A stretch of 64,000 nucleotides of DNA from a virus. Below are positions 61,716 to 64,000 of this stretch, one piece after another. Numbering within the stretch: the stretch's first letter is position 1; each line of letters begins with the position of its first letter. A model generated the notes under the pieces. That model did not search any database, was not told the origin of the DNA, and saw only the letters and a program-made list of their open reading frames with translations. The stretch is from IMG/VR virus record IMGVR_UViG_3300027733_000032; one strand, written 5' to 3'. The position numbers and the translations under genes were made by a program.

Positions 61716-64000
61716 TAGCGTCTCTCCGCGTTACTTTTACCCGTTGCGGCAATTTTTCTCATGACTACATTTGCAATATCTTCGGCATTCGTGCCACTGA
61801 TATTAAACGAATAATTATTGGTCGTGTTCCCGAGGCCGGATGAATCTCCTTGTGAACCAGCAGCACCAACGGCTGTGTACGAATCGCCAATAGCATTTCC
61901 ACCCTGTGGTGGGACAACGTGCAAATGTCGCGTATCTCCGGCACCGTGGAATTCAGCAAAACCACCAGAACTATTTGTCGAGTCTCTATAAGAGACGAGG
62001 TTTTGTCCGGTAATATCCAGCGCCCTACCCGTTACGTGGTCGGACTTCAATGAACCAAGAGCGTAGTTTCTGTAAGACGAGGTAATACTCCTCTTGCCTG
62101 CGAGGCGTGAATTGACGGAATTATGTGAACTCAATGTATTGCCGAGGTTACTCATTGTTGAGTCACCAATACGCCCGCGAGGTGTTCGTGTATCGCCGCC
62201 CTTGCCGATTGCTTCAATTAATAAATCAACAGACGCCTTGAAGGCTTCAGAGGCACCGGCCAAAGTCGTTGCTGCGTCCGCCATCGGGTCAGCGATTGCT
62301 TCTATCTTCAATCGGAACGCATCCCCATTTGCAGTTGCTATTGACGCTATTACGCTCTTCAGTGCATCTACATTTTTGGGGTCCGTCATATCTCGCGCAG
62401 AAGCGTTTTCTATCGCCATTCGCTGAGTGTCCGTAGTACCTGCTAAGAAACCTGACAGCCCTGCTGTGTCGCCGCCCACCAACCCCTGCCCAGACTTTCC
62501 TAGATTTGATGTAACCATCTGAGTAAGGTCGGACAAGGCTCCACGACTGTTTTCTCCGATAAAGCCTTGCAGTTGATTGCCGTCCTTTGTTGTGGCCAGC
62601 ATGTTGAGTACCGGTTCGAGGCCCTCAAGAGCGCCACCAACTTGAGAAAATGCCGTGCCGCCTTTACCAAACATTTTTTCAAATTCTGCAGTGGCTTTAA
62701 TTTGGTCGCCACCATAGAACGTAGTGAGCGCAGTGGATTGGTCTTGCAGGAACTGCAATACGTCTTGTTGACCTAGTCCGCCAGCATTGAATTTATCTCG
62801 TAATCCGAAGGCATTGACGTCTAATTGTTTTTCTGCTTCTATGGAGTCGATTTTACTAGTAAAATATTTTTGTGATGTTTCTCCAAGGCGATTTGACGCA
62901 GAGGCCATCATCTCACGACGCGTATCAATCATTGCTTCGGATAGTTTTTTGATTTGGTCAATCGACTTGGCAGTTGCGTCATATAGGTCAACACCCACCG
63001 CATCTGCCATTTCATTAATTTTGTCTGTCGACACACCAAAAATCTTTGAGAATCTATCAACTTTCTTGATTGATGTATCTTGAATAAATGTAAATGCATC
63101 TGAGTTACGTTGAGTAGTCTCTTCTAATGTTTTGAAAAACTCTTTAATATTCCCCTTTGCCTTTTTGTATTCTTCTTCTGTCATGTCTTTGGCAAATCCA
63201 CTCTTTGCCTTGTACATCACATCAAGCAAGTCCTTTTGTGCGTTGGTTCCAGCCCTGGCTGCGTTCATTATCTGAAAACTAGCGCCGCCCCCTTCTCCAT
63301 CGCCAATCATGCTCTTCTTGCCTGATTTGTCTTCCGCTACTCCCAATTTACTCATTGCTGCAGCCCTGGCACGACTGCCAGCCTGCGCATCAAAAACACT
63401 CTGTTTCATTTTATCTGCCGTCACACTCATGGCCTGACGACGCTTCGCTTCAGTGAATTCGCCACCACGCTTTAGTCTGCCCAGGGCGTCGACCATGCCA
63501 CCAATGGTGTCTTTCATGACGTCTTCAGCAACTGCTTTAGCGCTTGCAATTGCTTCTTTTTTACGTTTCTTGGCAGCGCCAATAAATCCAGTAATGGCAC
63601 CACCAATTAAACCAACCGCCAGACCTGCAACAGGGTTGACCATTGATATAGCACTACCAAGGGCGATGGCGCCTTGTGCTGCTTCGGGGGCCACGCTAGA
63701 TAACAAACCAAGTGCCGCAGATGCACCCATCGCCGTACTTGCTTTGTTATTTATGCCTTTGAAGTTCTTGTAGCCAGCCTCGCCAACCTTGCCGTGTTCG
63801 CCACCAAAAATTCGCTTATAGGTGACCGTTTCGCGTGCTTGACGGAACATATTGGTCTTTTGACTGAGTCTATCCTTGAGTGTTCCAGTTCCATAGCCAC
63901 CAGGAGCGCCAACATTTTGAGGCGTAGCAATGGTGGCTCTATTGAGCCAATTGTTCTTGACACGTTGTGGTATTGGACTACCAGGAACTGCGCGCTCAAG
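61715..64000 (-). CDS. Tape measure protein, C-terminal part (runs off the window), with an M15-like peptidase motif
   Basis: The frame stays open from 63850 to the edge; Ala/Gly-rich helical sequence with a hydrophobic segment; SSYR..SDHVTGRALDI..HLHV near the C-terminus. Confidence 0.8.
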   Translation of the reverse strand, partial: LERAVPGSPIPQRVKNNWLNRATIATPQNVGAPGGYGTGTLKDRLSQKTNMFRQARETVTYKRIFGGEHGKVGEAGYKNFKGINNKASTAMGASAALGLLSSVAPEAAQGAIALGSAISMVNPVAGLAVGLIGGAITGFIGAAKKRKKEAIASAKAVAEDVMKDTIGGMVDALGRLKRGGEFTEAKRRQAMSVTADKMKQSVFDAQAGSRARAAAMSKLGVAEDKSGKKSMIGDGEGGGASFQIMNAARAGTNAQKDLLDVMYKAKSGFAKDMTEEEYKKAKGNIKEFFKTLEETTQRNSDAFTFIQDTSIKKVDRFSKIFGVSTDKINEMADAVGVDLYDATAKSIDQIKKLSEAMIDTRREMMASASNRLGETSQKYFTSKIDSIEAEKQLDVNAFGLRDKFNAGGLGQQDVLQFLQDQSTALTTFYGGDQIKATAEFEKMFGKGGTAFSQVGGALEGLEPVLNMLATTKDGNQLQGFIGENSRGALSDLTQMVTSNLGKSGQGLVGGDTAGLSGFLAGTTDTQRMAIENASARDMTDPKNVDALKSVIASIATANGDAFRLKIEAIADPMADAATTLAGASEAFKASVDLLIEAIGKGGDTRTPRGRIGDSTMSNLGNTLSSHNSVNSRLAGKRSITSSYRNYALGSLKSDHVTGRALDITGQNLVSYRDSTNSSGGFAEFHGAGDTRHLHVVPPQGGNAIGDSYTAVGAAGSQGDSSGLGNTTNNYSFNISGTNAEDIANVVMRKIAATGKSNAERR

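Overview
The whole window reads as part of a large lytic-looking dsDNA tailed phage genome. The host is probably an actinobacterium (WhiB gene, GAAC-N4-GTTC LexA-type boxes, helicase-associated domain), and the tail is probably contractile (gp25-like wedge, baseplate J, hub, OB-fold spike, tape measure). No integrase, rRNA, tRNA or CRISPR array was found by eye. Layout: (1) 1-1.6 kb, vWA/metallopeptidase gene in DNA that lacks nine palindromic tetramers. (2) 1.6-2.65 kb, a non-coding block with a terminator, microsatellites, a G-quadruplex motif, about 15 DnaA-type boxes and 4 LexA-type boxes. (3) 2.8-7.7 kb, replication and regulatory genes (initiator-like, G39P-like, RHH, TauD, macrodomain). 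(4) 7.7-16 kb, a 1657-aa cassette-like polyprotein with a RelA/SpoT-type synthetase domain, plus HiPIP-like, WhiB, HslV-like and phosphoesterase genes. (5) 17-22.4 kb, a lysis cassette and a large secreted lectin/mucin-like protein. (6) 22.5-64 kb, a tail, fibre and baseplate module with an embedded tailoring cluster (three 2OG-Fe(II) oxygenases, a flavin halogenase, methyltransferases, a GT4 glycosyltransferase), a His-rich fibre, Gly-X-Thr collagen fibres and an ACP-like gene lacking the acceptor Ser. Leading hypotheses: a T5-like two-step DNA entry (site-free leading DNA ending in a DnaA/LexA-box array), phage-encoded post-translational tailoring of fibres, and a linker-delimited effector polyprotein. 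All family calls come from motif recognition by eye, not database searches, and motif counts are manual.
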